Position numbers and translations under genes: made by a program. From assembly GCA_951406725.2 (NCBI GenBank), contig OX597827.1, positions 25,854,001 to 25,918,000 of the forward strand: 64,000 nt of DNA, given 5' to 3'. Origin of the DNA: Octopus vulgaris. Its lineage: Eukaryota. Of this stretch, positions 1 through 13,425 are shown piece after piece (position 1 is the first letter of the stretch; each line of letters begins with the position of its first letter). The notes under the pieces are model-generated. The model saw nothing but the letters and a program-made list of their open reading frames with translations, ran no database searches and was not told the origin of the DNA.

Positions 1-229
1 ACCCAACTTACTCGTAAATATGATGAATACAACGAATCTTGTATTTACTGACATTTATAAATACCATATTGTCACAGCTGCAACACATTTTTTCATTGTT
101 CTGCAGCATCAGAAGGCAATATCGGCTAAGTATTTTATATTCTAGATGGTGGCTCAACGAAACATGTGTTTTTACTTGCGATATAGAATCATTTGTGACT
201 AAAGAATATAACATTTGTTTTAAAGAGTA

Positions 230-1460
230 TACGTGGTCTGATAGATAAGTATCTGGACTATTGCCATAGTAACGAAGCTAAAGCAAGCAGAGTGAAACCG
301 CTTCACACAGATTGCGCTTGAACTCCGCTGTGCATGTGCACTAAGTTTTTAACGTTCTAGCTCACGTTCGCTGTTTACAGAAGTGCTTGGAAGGAAGGTG
401 TGTAGCGTGTGATCGTCGCATTGACCGTGACAGAGAAAGTTGAGCAGAGAATCTGTATCAATTTTTGCCAAAAGCTTGGTGATACCTGCAGAAAGTGTAT
501 AGAAAGGATTGTATGAATGTTTCAGGTGTTTGCAAGATGGTCGCAAAATTTCGATAGTGACGAACGTTCTGGAAGGCCTGCTACCAGCAGAACTGAGAAA
601 AACATCGCAAATGTACGTACAGCTGTGGGGGTAAATCATCGAATAACCATCCGTCAGTTATTATTGAAGTACAGATTAGTTACGGTTCCGTCCAGTCCAT
701 TATCATTGAAGATTTGTGTATGAGACGCGTATCTGCCGAATTTGTGACAAAACTGCTTTCAGCTGACCAAAAAGCCACTCGGGTTTCAGTTGCACAAGAT
801 CTCCTTGACTAAGTCGAGAATAATGAAAACTGTTTGAAAACGGTCAAAACGGGTGATGAATCGTGGGTCGATGTCTATGATCCGGACACAAAGGCTCAGT
901 CTTCGCAGTGGAAGACCCCAACGTCATTGAGACCGTAGAATGCACGAATGAATCGAAGCAATATGAAGACACTGTTGACTGTTTTCTTCAACTACAAAGG
1001 GAATGTTCATCGTGAGTGTGCTCCTCCTGGTCAGACAGGGAAGAAGTGCTACTGTGACGTTTTGCAGCGTTTGCGGGTTGCTATTCAACGGAAAAAGCCA
1101 CAACCGGCGCATGCGTCCCGTGAGTGTCAATTGCATCGTGACAACGCATCTGCCTATTCAGCACAGCTTGTAGAGAATTTTATGGCTAGGCACAGCATTC
1201 TCCATGAACGAAAGGCGCCGTGTTCCTCACATCTCATCTCTTTCTAATTTTTCCTCTTACCAAAAAGCAATGCGACGATCACGCGCTACACACCTTCCTT
1301 CTGAGCACTGCTATAAACAGGGAAAGTGAGGTAGAACATTAAAACCTAGTGCACATGGAGAGCAGAGTGCAAGGTCAATCTGTGCCAAGCACCTTCACGC
1401 TGCATGTTTTAGCTTTCACACTATGGCAACAATCCTGATACTTATTGATCAGCCCACGTA
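230..1460 (+). mobile_element. Tc1/mariner DNA transposon, degenerate, with long (~193 bp) TIRs
   Basis: Inverted repeats at 230-423 (tacgtggtctgat...gatcgtcgcattg) and 1268-1460 (caatgcgacgatc...cagcccacgta), with TA at both ends. The broken transposase shows DERSGRPATS, TGDESWV..YDPDTKAQSSQWK, LHRDNASAY and a degenerate PYSPDL (APCSSHL). Confidence 0.92.
430..1265 (+). pseudogene. mariner transposase pseudogene (stops and frameshifts, C-terminus truncated at the right TIR)
   Basis: ORF pieces 517-723 and 948-1247 plus the intervening TGDESWV motif. Confidence 0.88.
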
Positions 1461-1925
1461 TTGTATGATATACAGCAAGCAACTGCTTCCCTTTTGACTG
1501 TATTGTAGTTTGTAGCTGAACTGATCACTTAATTTCACTGAGAGTTAATTGAAATTAGTGAATAAAACGAATAGGTGGGTTGACTTTAATTGGAATATAT
1601 TACAATTTGAGATTCCACAGATATCTATTGTAGTTAATGATCCCACAAGACGTTTTTACTCATAGAGAATTGCAATTTGTGACTAAAACAACAACAGTTT
1701 TAGGACAGCCAAAACATTTGTTCTAACTAAGTTTTATATTGTAGTTTCTTATATGCACATTCAGCTGGAATCTTCGTACCAAATCTATCGTCCCTTTCAT
1801 TTATTAATCATAATAATGAAGTAGATCCAGTGTAGATTATATTGTTACTGTGGATGACATCAGGTAGCCCAAACGGTGAATGAGCTTTAATCGACATACT
1901 AATAGACATATGCTCGAAGCCTAAG

Positions 1926-1970
<45 letters not shown>

Positions 1971-1977
1971 ATACATA

Positions 1978-3110
1978 TTGTTGTTGGCATCCTTTTTGTC
2001 TCGGGAGACAATGGAGTTGCGCATAAAATAATCTAGTCCGGCTTTTACATTTCATGTCCTAATAATCTGCTGCTGTGGCTGTGTAGTCCTATACTGGATA
2101 AACACTCCCTCTGGCAAGTGCCGCAAATGTAGCGAAGACTTTGCCTGGCTGGTTGTAATGTCATAGTTTCTTGTTGACGTCTTTTCATATCGTTCCATTT
2201 CTCCTCTCTCTCTATGTCACGCCTTTGTGTTCCCTCTTTTACGGTACGTCGCCAATCTCCACGGTTGCTGGCAACTGCTTCCCAGTTGCTAATATTGATG
2301 TCGCAGGCCTTCATATCCCTTTTGCAAACATCGTTGTATCGTAAGGACTGTCTTCCCACAGACCTAGTGCCCCCAGCAAGCTCTCCGTAGAGTATGTCCT
2401 TGGGGATTCTGCCATCTGCCATACGGCTAACATGTCCAAGCCATCTTATACGGCTTTGTGTGAGGAGTGCAAAGATGCTTGGTATTCCTGCTTGCTTGAG
2501 GATATCTTTGTTGGGGACATGATTCTGCCATTTGCTGCTAAAGATTTTCCGGAGGTAGCGCAGATGTAAGATATTTAGGCGACGCTCTTCGCGTGTGTAT
2601 GGCGTCCAAGTCTCACTTCCATACAGTGAGATATCAGATGATGGAGTGTTTCTGCACAGTTGAAATGACGGGAAACTGTTCGATCTCACGCGTCTGCATG
2701 CCAAGACCAAAATTAGAAGCGTCCTGATCAAGGAGATGCTATTTGCTGATGATGCCGCTCTGGTATCACACCCAGAAGCCCTACAAAGACTCATCAACTG
2801 TTTTGAGCAAGCATGTAGCAAATTTGGCTTAGTTATCAGCCTCAAGAGGACCAACATCATGGGTCAGGCTACATCAAACATCACAAACATACATATTGGA
2901 GACCATAGACTACAGGTGGTGGAGAAGTTTCTCTATCCTGGCTCTATCATCACCTACAACCTATCCCTTGATGTCGAGCTCAATATTCGCATCGGCAAGG
3001 CAGCTGCAGTGATGAGCGAACTCTTCAAACGGGCATGGGACAACAATAAGCTAAATAGAACCACAAAAATGAAGATTTACCAGGCATGTGTACTTAGCAA
3101 ACTGCTGTAT
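1978..3110 (-). mobile_element. RTE-clade LINE, 5'-truncated, with an inverted 5' segment
   Basis: Minus strand 2626->2045 encodes LYGSETW...RWLGHVSRMADGRIPKDILYGEL...C..C. Its 3' end has a tgtctc/gagaca stem-loop and a (CAA)n tail. Plus strand ~2630-3110 encodes the upstream RT part MLFADDAAL...VVEKFLYPGS...KIYQACVLSKLL. Confidence 0.92.
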
Positions 3111-3134
3111 ATATATGTATATATATATATATAC

Positions 3135-3172
<38 letters not shown>

Positions 3173-3835
3173 GTATTTATATAAATGTATGTGTGTGTGT
3201 ATGTGTATGTATATATATATGTGATTGTGCATACATATATTGGTCTGTCTGTCTCTAAATATATATATATACATATATATATGTAGAAAAATAGATAAAT
3301 AAACGGTTAGATAAATACACAGAGGGAGAGAGAGAACGAGAGAGTGGAGAGAGAGCGAGTAAGAGAGTGTGAAAGTGTGATAGATGATAGGAAACGGAGA
3401 CGGAGTGATAGATAAAAGGAAAGAAAGAAGGAAAGAGAAATTCACAGATGGTGGCGAAATGTATGATAGAGTGCTTTGTTTCGTCGTCTTGCAAATACAT
3501 ACAAAGCTGCGATACTTGTTCATAATTATGTGATAAAGTTATAAAGATGTCTTAGAATACAATGAACTAAAATATGTTTCTGCGCATTAAGTTAAATCTA
3601 AAGCAAAATGAAAATGAGTGTATTGAAATCAAGAATCGATAAACCAGTTAGAACAATTATATTTGTGACAGCTAGCAGCATTATGATTCTTATATAAGGA
3701 CATGGAATATTGGCTTCGGAAACCTACACGAAGAATCTCTGAGATCTAAGTTACATCAGGTCAGATGCCTTCTACAAGAAATCCACAAAGAAGTTCGAGG
3801 AGGTAATTAATATTGTTTGCAGATACATATGGATA

Positions 3836-3863
3836 CACACACACACGCACACACACACACACA

Positions 3864-3928
<65 letters not shown>

Positions 3929-3935
3929 GCACGCA
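3836..3935. repeat. (CA)n microsatellite
   Basis: Direct reading. Confidence 0.95.
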
Positions 3936-5045
3936 GAGACTTACGGTTACGCGTACACGTATATATATGTATATATGTGTGCATGTATACTATCTTTTAA
4001 AAGGAACAAGTTGGTAGAGACTTCGAAGTTTCGGCTCGCACCCTTCATCAAACAGTCTGGTAAAAGCAAAGAAAGCGGCTCTGTCAGGCCTTCACTTTGT
4101 ACATCACAAAAAAGAAAAGTGTTGAGGAATTTCCAACTTAATCGTGTGCCTTTCATGCGCTGTATATATATGAGGTGACATGAATATCTTCCTTCTTTGA
4201 TTTTCCCTCTTCCATCTTTCTTAGTATATGTTTTGACCCCTAATATGTTCACTTGATTAATAAGGCTTTTTCCCCCAGTTAATAAGTACTATGCCTACTC
4301 ATAATAAGTGATAGTCTCTTTCTCCAAATTTGAATAAATTTTAGATTTATATTTTTTCCTTTATTCTAACGTGTCAAAGTACTTGGAACTGTTGTGTTGA
4401 TATGCATATGATTTGTAAGGTCTCTGCATACTCTGTGAATGTTATTGTGACCATTTGACTTTGACCTAGTTCTCCTAACGCTGAATCTATTCATCAAATA
4501 GTAGTAATTGGCATTTAGTTGTGGCAATGCTGTCTTCTACATAAATTCCTTATATGGAGCTATGACATCTCCTTTACCCCATTTCTATAATTAGAAAATC
4601 TTTATTGTCTCTTTTCATTTGTTCTTCCCTCTCAGAACTTTACAGTAGTCTGAAACAACTGAATCTTAGTCAGTCAGTTGATGGGCTCCACCACCTCAAA
4701 TGTTCAAAAAAATTTAAATCCACATCTTTGTTTATGTATCTACCTTCTCTATAATGTTGCCACTTGATATGAAAATTTTTGTATTAATAGAAAACCTCTA
4801 TAATTGGCTGATGAGTGCTCAGCATTTTAAAACTGCTGTAATACTTACAACATTTAATAAAATGATGTAGTTAGAAACGATCATACCAAATTACCGGAGT
4901 CATTATTGTTGCTTATTTTGATTATAATCACCCCACGGATTTTTATGGACAACACCATACAGAATGCTGGTGCATCTAAATTAAGTACCATATTCATTTG
5001 TATCTAAATTTTTGCTGAACTTACATATATATATATATATATATT

Positions 5046-5458
5046 ACTCTTTACTCTTTTTACTTGTTTCAGTCATTTGACTGCGGCCATGCTGGAGCAC
5101 CGCCTTTAATCGAGCAACTCGACCCCGGGACTTGTTCTTTTTGTAAGCCCAGTACTTATTCTATCGGTCTCTTTTGCCGTACTGCTAAGTGACTGGGACA
5201 TAAACACACCAGCATCGGTTGTCAAGCAATGCTAGGGGGACAAACACAGACACACAAACACACACACATACATATACATATATATACATATATACGACAG
5301 GCTTCTTTCAGTTTCCGTCTACCAAATCCACTCACAAGGCATTGGTCGGCCCGAGGCTATAGCAGAAGACACTTGCCCAAGATGCCACGCAGTGGGACTG
5401 AACCCAGAACCATGTGGCTGGTTAGCAAGCTACTTACCACACAGCCACTTCTGCGCCT
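5046..5458 (-). mobile_element. tRNA-derived SINE, family A (CORE-like central domain)
   Basis: Minus-strand head aggcgcag..gtggctgtgtggtaagtagc with A box and GGTTCAGTCC B box, then ttgggcaagtgtcttc (CORE-like). Near-identical copies occur at 30.8, 36.3 and 38.5 kb. Confidence 0.85.
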
Positions 5459-5502
5459 ATATATGTATACATGTATTATATATGTATATGTATATGTATA
5501 TG

Positions 5503-5557
<55 letters not shown>

Positions 5558-6602
5558 GAAGTTAGTAAAAAAGTAGAAAGGTTGAAAGTATGGCTGAGAT
5601 GTCTACTAAGCGTAAAGTTGTTGTTAACAGAAACGAATTATTAATTTGAGATGCGTGCGAGAGGAGAAGCGATTTGTTAAGGAAGTTCGGGAAAAGAGAT
5701 AGAGAAAAAAAAACAAATCTGAAAGTAGTATTATGCACCTATACTTTGATTTTGGTTTTAATATCATACACCAATCGTTACCCCATCAGCGGCGTGTCTT
5801 CAGACTTTATGTCCGGAGTACAACCCCAGCTTGTGTCGACTCTGCAGTTCATCCTTTCGTTATCGATAAAATATATACCAGTTGAGTCTATGTAATCGAC
5901 TTATTCTCTTCTCCGAAATTGCTGGCCTTGTGAACAAATTTGAAAGCAATATCATACAATTATTCTAATGCAACTGTATTATTTGTTTGTCTTTTCTAAT
6001 TTTAGAAATTAGTCGCACTTGTGGATATTTATGCCAACAAAGAGCACATAGTGAGACCGCTCGAAGCTATCAATCGTGTTATAATGTGATTTGTAATCCA
6101 ACAAATTCTCCATAGTCGTAATTGTTGATCACATGCTGAATTAAAAAAATGCAAAAATATTGCTCTAAATGTAATAATTTGAAACAGCAGGAAATTGGCA
6201 ATGGCATTGTTACTTAACCTGTCTACGGCTCGTGTCTCGTCACATTGGCTTTTGGGCTCTACTCTGTATAAGATCCACGATATATTTTACAGATTAAAAT
6301 GATGCATCTAGTTTAATTATAATTTATATGCCGTTACTTATTTATGAAATAAAACCGAATTGACGTTGAGTACCTCGCTATGTTGCAGCTAATTTGAACA
6401 GAAAAGATGGAATAAAACAAGATTTTCATTGGATTGAAATTTCTGACTTTAGGGATGACCTTGAATTTCTAAAGTAATTCTTTTAGAGACAGAATGACAG
6501 TAAATCCCTCAAATTATATTTTCTTCGGTCATTTTACTCCTTCTCTTTGAAGATTAATGCATTCCTTTGGTGCATAAAACAAAAAACAAATTTAATTTTG
6601 AT

Positions 6603-6802
6603 AAGTTGGTGGAATCCTCAGCACGCCGGGTAAACGGGTTACCAGCATTTCGTCTGTCATTACGTTCTGTGTTCAAAACCTACTGAGGTCAGCTTTGCCT
6701 TTCATCCTTTCGAGGGTCGATGAAATAAGTAGAGTAATGGGGACGATGGGATGGATTATCTCCCTTCCCCGAAATTGCTGGCCTTGTGCCAAAATTTTGA
6801 AA
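6603..6802 (+). mobile_element. tRNA-derived SINE, family B (diverged copy)
   Basis: gcacgccgg...gttcaaa...tttgcctttcatcctttcg...gccttgtgcc; matches the 34515 copy. Confidence 0.75.
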
Positions 6803-7162
6803 TCAGTGTTTTAGATTATCGGCTATTGCTTTGTTCAGGGACCTTTTGTGCGGGATGGGCTACTCGACGTGATGAAAATTCTAACTGGGCCCCACTTGCA
6901 AGGTCATGCGGTGTTTATCATGCTAGGAGATCACCGTGTCGTGCACATATGGTTGTGATACATGTACCTTCTCAGACGGGTAGTCCTGATGAGGACACTG
7001 GGCTTCGTATATTTTACACCAGTCTCACTTTCATGGCATGCACTGCTAGAAAATAGTGTTGCTAGGTTCCGCACACATTTTACGTCGTGTACTCTCCATG
7101 AGATGAGGACTTGCTGTGAACCTAGGGTCAAGGGAAAATAACGGGCCACATTTTATTTAGAT

Positions 7163-7202
<40 letters not shown>

Positions 7203-7222
7203 GCAACAACAACAACAACAAC

Positions 7223-7271
<49 letters not shown>

Positions 7272-7272
<1 letters not shown>

Positions 7273-8160
7273 TTTTATAGTTTTGTCGGTACGTACGAGG
7301 AAGTCCCAGAGAATCGACACATTTTCCCCCTCAGGATGGCATTTATAGTATTTGTCAGCGGTTTTGATTTTATAATGCCGACATATTGTCCAGTGTAAAT
7401 ACTGGCCGACACTGTGATGCCTTGCTTTATATTCTACAGGTGGTAAGACTCTACACCTTGAGATTAGTTACAGAATCGGTATTTTGGGTCAGCTGCATTT
7501 TTTATCACATTAGCTTTGTAGTTCCGGGCTAATAGGCTTTGGCCTTGAGCAGCTAATATGAAACCTTCCCTCTCTGCTTTTAGCCCTGAGCTTCGTAACC
7601 ATTGATGCATGTGTTTCTGGTCGACATCAGCTTGTTTACTAGGGGCCATGCAGAGGTTTCTGTTCCATCTGCTAGCTAAAACCCGATATTATCATAAAAG
7701 ATCAGACAAAAAGGTGTATTTATTAATTGACATGAGTATTCCTTGCGATCACAATATAGCGGCGAAAGAATTTGACAAATCAGTAAATATAAAGACCTGC
7801 TAATAGAAATTGAAAAAATGTGGCATCTCAAGGCGACTACAGTACCAGTGATTGTAGGATCTCTAGGAATGATAAAAAAAGCTACTGAAACCTATTTGAA
7901 AATGATACCAGGCTTACCATCCGTACAAGAAGTGCAAAAAATTGTGTTAACTGGAACTGGAACATGTACTGAGAAGAACATTATCGCTGTGAAAACAACA
8001 TCCATTCATGAATTTATTTATTTATTAAGTTTTTAAAATATACATTTACCTGTGAATTTGCGTGTGTAATCTGGAATGTATACAATGAGATTCTCTGCCC
8101 TAGGCGTGCGGAAAACACTCGGCGAGAAATGGAAGAAAATTTGAAGAAAGAAGAAAAAAC
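7272..8160 (+). mobile_element. R4/Dong-type (RLE endonuclease) LINE 3' fragment with an inverted 5' segment
   Basis: Minus strand 7673->7272 encodes KPLHG..WLRSSGLKAEREGFILAAQ..RHHSVGQYLHW..ILWDF.VRTDKTIK. Plus strand 7674-7990 continues with PDIII..LIDMSIP..MWHLK..VPVIVGSLG..QKIVLTGT. Both flanks are (AAC)n/(AAT)n. Confidence 0.88.
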
Positions 8161-8183
8161 AGCAGCAACAAAAAACAACAACG

Positions 8184-8218
<35 letters not shown>

Positions 8219-8231
8219 AATAATATTAATA

Positions 8232-10325
8232 AGATCAGATACTGATCAACAGAGCCATAACTGTAGATAGCCGCCGAAAGATGAAGGGTTTAAGTATGGC
8301 CTGGATCGATTACCGATAGGATTTTGATAGTATTCCTCACACATAGATTCTAGAAACTCTAGTCATGAACAAGGTAGAACCAATAATAATAAAGTATATA
8401 AAACGTTTCATGAATAAATTGCAAACAGTGTTACAGCTCTAAACAAGAGAGGTTTCATAAAATCCAAATTCATTCCCACTCTTTTCTGCTTGGCGCTGAC
8501 ATCTTTATCTGACGTGATAAACAGAACTCTATGTGAATACAACTGTTACGGCAAAACAGCCAGTCACCTCTTATATATTGATGACCTAAAACTGTACGCT
8601 ACTAATGGTAAACAGCTTGGAACATTACAACAGACGGTATATGGATATAATAAACAAGAAATTTAACTTAGAAAAATGTGCCAAAGCAAACTTGAAAAGC
8701 GGAAAACTGGTTAAGAGTAGCAACATCACACTAGATAAAGCAAATGAAATAAGAGAATAAGATCAAAATCAGACATACAAATACTTAGGCATCAATAATC
8801 ATCATCATCATTGTTCGACCGTGGTCGAGACAGTGGAATTTACCATGCTACGCCAGACTTCCCGGTCCATCATAGCATTACGGAGGTCCTGTTGCTGGAT
8901 GCGTGTATCCCTGGAGATTACATCAGTAAACTAGATACGCTACAATACACAAAAAGGAAAGAGAAGATAAGAAAAGAATACCATAGACGAGTTAGATTAA
9001 TAATGAAAACGGAGCTCAATGTTAAAAACAAGGTAATAGGTATCAACACTCTAGCCGTCCCAGGAATAAGTTGTAGCTACAATATTTTTAATTGATCTCT
9101 AAATGCACCAATCAAAACAGACAGGAAAACAAGAAAAATAATGATAGGATTTAGGATGCAACACTCAAATTCTGACATAGAAAGGTTATATATACAACGT
9201 ATGGAAGGTGATAGAGGCCTTATGCAGCTGGGAAACTTAAAAAGTAACCGCAATAGGACTACAGAAATACCTGCATCAGAATCAAGGGAAAGTAATACAA
9301 ATAGCCACAAAACACGAACAAAAACAAACCAAAAAACTGTTTTCAATTTTTAAGGAAGCTGACAAATACAGAAAAGAAGTCATAGTACCTAACAAATATG
9401 ATAGAAAAGAAGAAACAAGAAAAGCTGTAAAACAACTGAAATCCAAACTAAAACTGGAACAGCAACGGGTCATGATAAAAGGATGGCAAGAAAAACCCCT
9501 TCATGACAAATACTGGGTTAAACTAAACAGAAAAAAAAAAGAAATAGACAAAGCAAAATCCCAGCAGTAGCTGAGATGCTCAGGACTCAAAGTAGAAACT
9601 GCAATATTTTCATTTGCAGCACAGGATCAAAGCCTTCCCACTAGAAATGAAAATAAATACAAGTAACTGAAGAATATGTGGAAATAGAGAAGAAACAATA
9701 AATCATATTGTCTCTATCTGCCCAGTCCTGATTAAGAAGGAATATATTCACAGACACGAGAGTTGGGATCTATATACACTGGAAGCTATGCTAACACTAT
9801 GGAATAACAACAGAAAAATGATGGTATAGGTACACGTCAGAAAAGTTCAAAGAAGATGACAAAGCAGCCATAGTTTGGGATAAGCCAATACAAACAGATT
9901 GAGAAATTAAGGTCGATAGGCCGAAAATAGTTGTCAAAGAGCATAAAAACAATGCTTTCTAATTGATGAATCAATACCAACAGATGACAATGTTTCTTTA
10001 AAAGAAATGGAAAAACTTTCAAAGTATAAAGATCTGGAAATAGAGGTAACTCGAACGTGGAGTCTAAAAACAGAAACAATACCTATCATAGGTATGATAA
10101 AAAATATTCAGACAAATACATAAGAAAAACACCAGGATTAACAAATATATATAACATACAGAAAATAGCACTCCTAGGCACCGCACAAATCCGACGCAAA
10201 ACACTTTCAATACAGTAAAAATAAGAGCATCACAGCAAACCACAGCACATAACCAAGGCACACAGAGCTGCGCTCGGTAGTGCAGTGAAAGCACGTGATA
10301 AAATTAAGACTACTGAATAATAATG
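8232..10325 (+). mobile_element. R4/Dong-type LINE, 5'-truncated and heavily degenerate
   Basis: RT motifs SMAWIDY..FDSIPH, PLFCLAL, HLLYIDDLKLY and YKYLG; INTLAVP, LYIQRMEGDRGL and KPLH; RLE region; 3' UTR ending gactactg-(aat)n. Confidence 0.88.
8797..8926 (-). mobile_element. RTE LINE extreme 3' end nested in the R4-type LINE
   Basis: Minus strand encodes DVISRDTRIQQQDLRNAMMDREVWRSMVNS, followed by a tcgacc/ggtcga hairpin and a (TGA)n tail. It interrupts the host LINE just after YKYLGI. Confidence 0.8.
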
Positions 10326-10328
10326 GTA

Positions 10329-10546
10329 ATCCTTTCTACTGAAGGCACAAGGCCTTGAATCTTTTGCGGAGTGGGGACTAGTCGATTACATCGACCCCAG
10401 CATTTCACTGGTACTTGATTAAACGACCCTGAAAGGATGAACGGCAAAGTCGACTTCGGTGGAATTTGAACTCAGAACGTAAAGACGGGCGAAATACCAC
10501 TGAGCAATTTGACCGGCGCGCTAATGATTCGCCAGCTCGCCGCCTT
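10329..10546 (-). mobile_element. SINE family B
   Basis: Reverse complement reads aaggcggcgagctggc...gagttcaaattcc...gtcgactttgcc...gccttgtgcc. Confidence 0.85.
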
Positions 10547-10547
10547 A

Positions 10548-10595
<48 letters not shown>

Positions 10596-11289
10596 GTAGT
10601 AAAACAATTGTAATAATAAAAGGTCCATAATAACAACAACAGCTCAAAATCAAGGAAACGGTTGTAGAAAATGGTAAATAATGGCAAAGAAGGTAAGGAC
10701 GATAAGTGCACCAACTATGACGAATATAGAAAAGCTGGACAATAAATACACGAAATAAGAACAGCAATGCAACATCATTAAGAATAAAAAAAATAAAAAA
10801 AAGAGCACTCAATGCAAAACCATAACAACACAACAAGCAGCAAGCATAATATTCCAGCAGCAACATTAAAAAGAACAACGTTGGGCATCGATGAGAGAGA
10901 CGACGACGAAATAGACGTAGAAGTTATAAGAGGCACGAAATAAATAAAACAAGCAATGCTAAGAACAGCAGCAACAGCAGTAGCAGCAGCAGCAGCAACA
11001 ACAACGACAGCGGCAGCAGATGTTGCAGCAGGAAGAACAAAACAATCAGTAGCAACGGTTGAAATGCACGAAGAACATGTGATAGTCGAATGAACTTTAA
11101 GTGTGACAGAAATTTTAAACAGAAGGACAGAACGAAAAATGAACGCAATAAAATGGCGCCAAAGACGTTAGAATTTGCTATTTTAGTTTGAAAATATGAA
11201 GTAGGAGAGGGCAAAGTAAAAAGATTAACTTAATCTAGCTACTTAATATGCTTATTTTCTTACGTTTGCCTTTCTTCAATAGGCACGTA

Positions 11290-11810
<521 letters not shown>

Positions 11811-12205
11811 TTAAGGTTGAGGTTTGTTTATACATTCACATACATGTCTATAGAATACGAACGCAGAAATAGAATTGGAATTATGGAGAGATGCAACCAA
11901 ATGAGAATCGTTATTCCATCTTCAGTGATGTTATATTTTGTTGTTTGTTTTTCCCTCGTCTTCGTCTGTGAGTTAATAAATATACATTATGCAGCATTGG
12001 CCATTATCAATTCGTAAAGACATATACCATCATGGAAGCAGGTTCGTTCAAGTAAAAGCGCACACGATACCATACACACAATAAAGGTTCGTACACGTAA
12101 ACATTTATATATTCTTCTAAATAGAATATGGTGTGGCAAATAAACAAGAATAGAAAAGAATGCATACATATATACATATATGTGTGTGTGTGTGTGTTTG
12201 TGTGC

Positions 12206-12242
<37 letters not shown>

Positions 12243-12364
12243 TCACCGTGATTATCTTTCGTAACGATTCGGTAAAGAAATCGTTGCTTGTGTCAATGAG
12301 TTGAGCGGTGACGAGCGAGCAAACTAGCGGAGATTGTAGCCCGTTAATTTTTTTTTTTGCTGTC

Positions 12365-12882
12365 ATATTTATAGCATGCGGAACTCATGCTCCATACTTC
12401 TAAACCTTTCCCATCGAGTGAAGATGTTTCTCTATAGCAGTGTCGTAGCATTCCATTTACTCTGCCAGTTCCCTTGTCGTTTGGCGAGAATTTTCGTGCA
12501 AAAGTTGGTTTAGTCGCTCTTCATCGAACTCAACTGGACTACCAGAACGAGGTGCGTCTTTGAAATAAAAAATTTCCATTTTTGAAATTGGCATACCAAT
12601 CACGAGCAGTTCTTTCAGCTATGGTAACCTCCCCATACACAGCACAAATGTCGCGAGCAGCTTTTGCGGCCTTAGAACCTTGATTAAAAACAAAAAGAAG
12701 GAGGTGTCGAAAATGCTCGTTTTTCTTAACCTGACATTCCATTTTAATAATCTGAAAATAAACAAAATTCAATTAAAATTAAAGAGAAACAAATTATTCC
12801 AAAATGATTCAAAAATAGAATTCTCGGAAAAAATAGATTCCAAAATTAAAAAACGGTGGGAACTTAGTTGCCAAACCAATTT
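12365..12882 (-). mobile_element. mariner 5' fragment (TIR plus HTH region)
   Basis: MECQVKKNEHFRHLLLFVFNQGSKAAKAARDICAVYG..WY..FKNGNF..DAPRSG.P; TIR-like end ttggtttggcaactaagttccc at ~12858-12880. Confidence 0.85.
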
Positions 12883-13219
12883 ATAAGTATAAAATAAAGT
12901 AAATGGATGTACAAGTTTCCATGCTCTTTATTCTTATTAATATATGTGTGTCTGTGTGTATGCAAACTTGGTTATAATGGTATAAAGCTTACATTTTTTC
13001 CTTTGTCTTCGCAAAATGCCTTGCTCACGATATTTCTATATACAAGGGTATAAACACATGGACTGCGAACCTTATCTGTTCCATCCGTTAAACATGGCTA
13101 AGTTCTCTCCAACTACCCACGCTTGAAATGCTATATTATATAATGCTTTCAGTTGGCAGTGTAGCTAATATATTTAACATATATTCAAAGAAATGTACTG
13201 AGCATTTTAAATTATAATT

Positions 13220-13425
13220 AGAACTTTTGCACAAGGCCAATAGTTTGCGTTTGAGAGTGTAAGTCGACTAAACCGACCTCAGTGCGCAACTCGTACTTAT
13301 TTCATTGACATCAAAACGATGAAAGCAAAGTCGACCTTGGTGGGGTTTGAACTCAGAACGTAAAGACGGACGAAATGCCGTTAAGCATTCTTCCCGGATT
13401 ACTTACAACTCTCTCGGCTCACCGC
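13220..13425 (-). mobile_element. SINE family B (diverged)
   Basis: Homologous to the 10329-10546 copy. Confidence 0.7.

Noticed and set aside
2045-2860. 271-aa minus-strand ORF as a gene
   Set aside because: It is a chimera across the RTE inversion junction; the first ~77 aa are antisense RT sequence.
4250-4900. Possible very old L1/Tx1 RT fragment on the minus strand (also ~43390-43560)
   Set aside because: Only vague motif similarity (WRKRLSL; VYAEADVT) with many stops.
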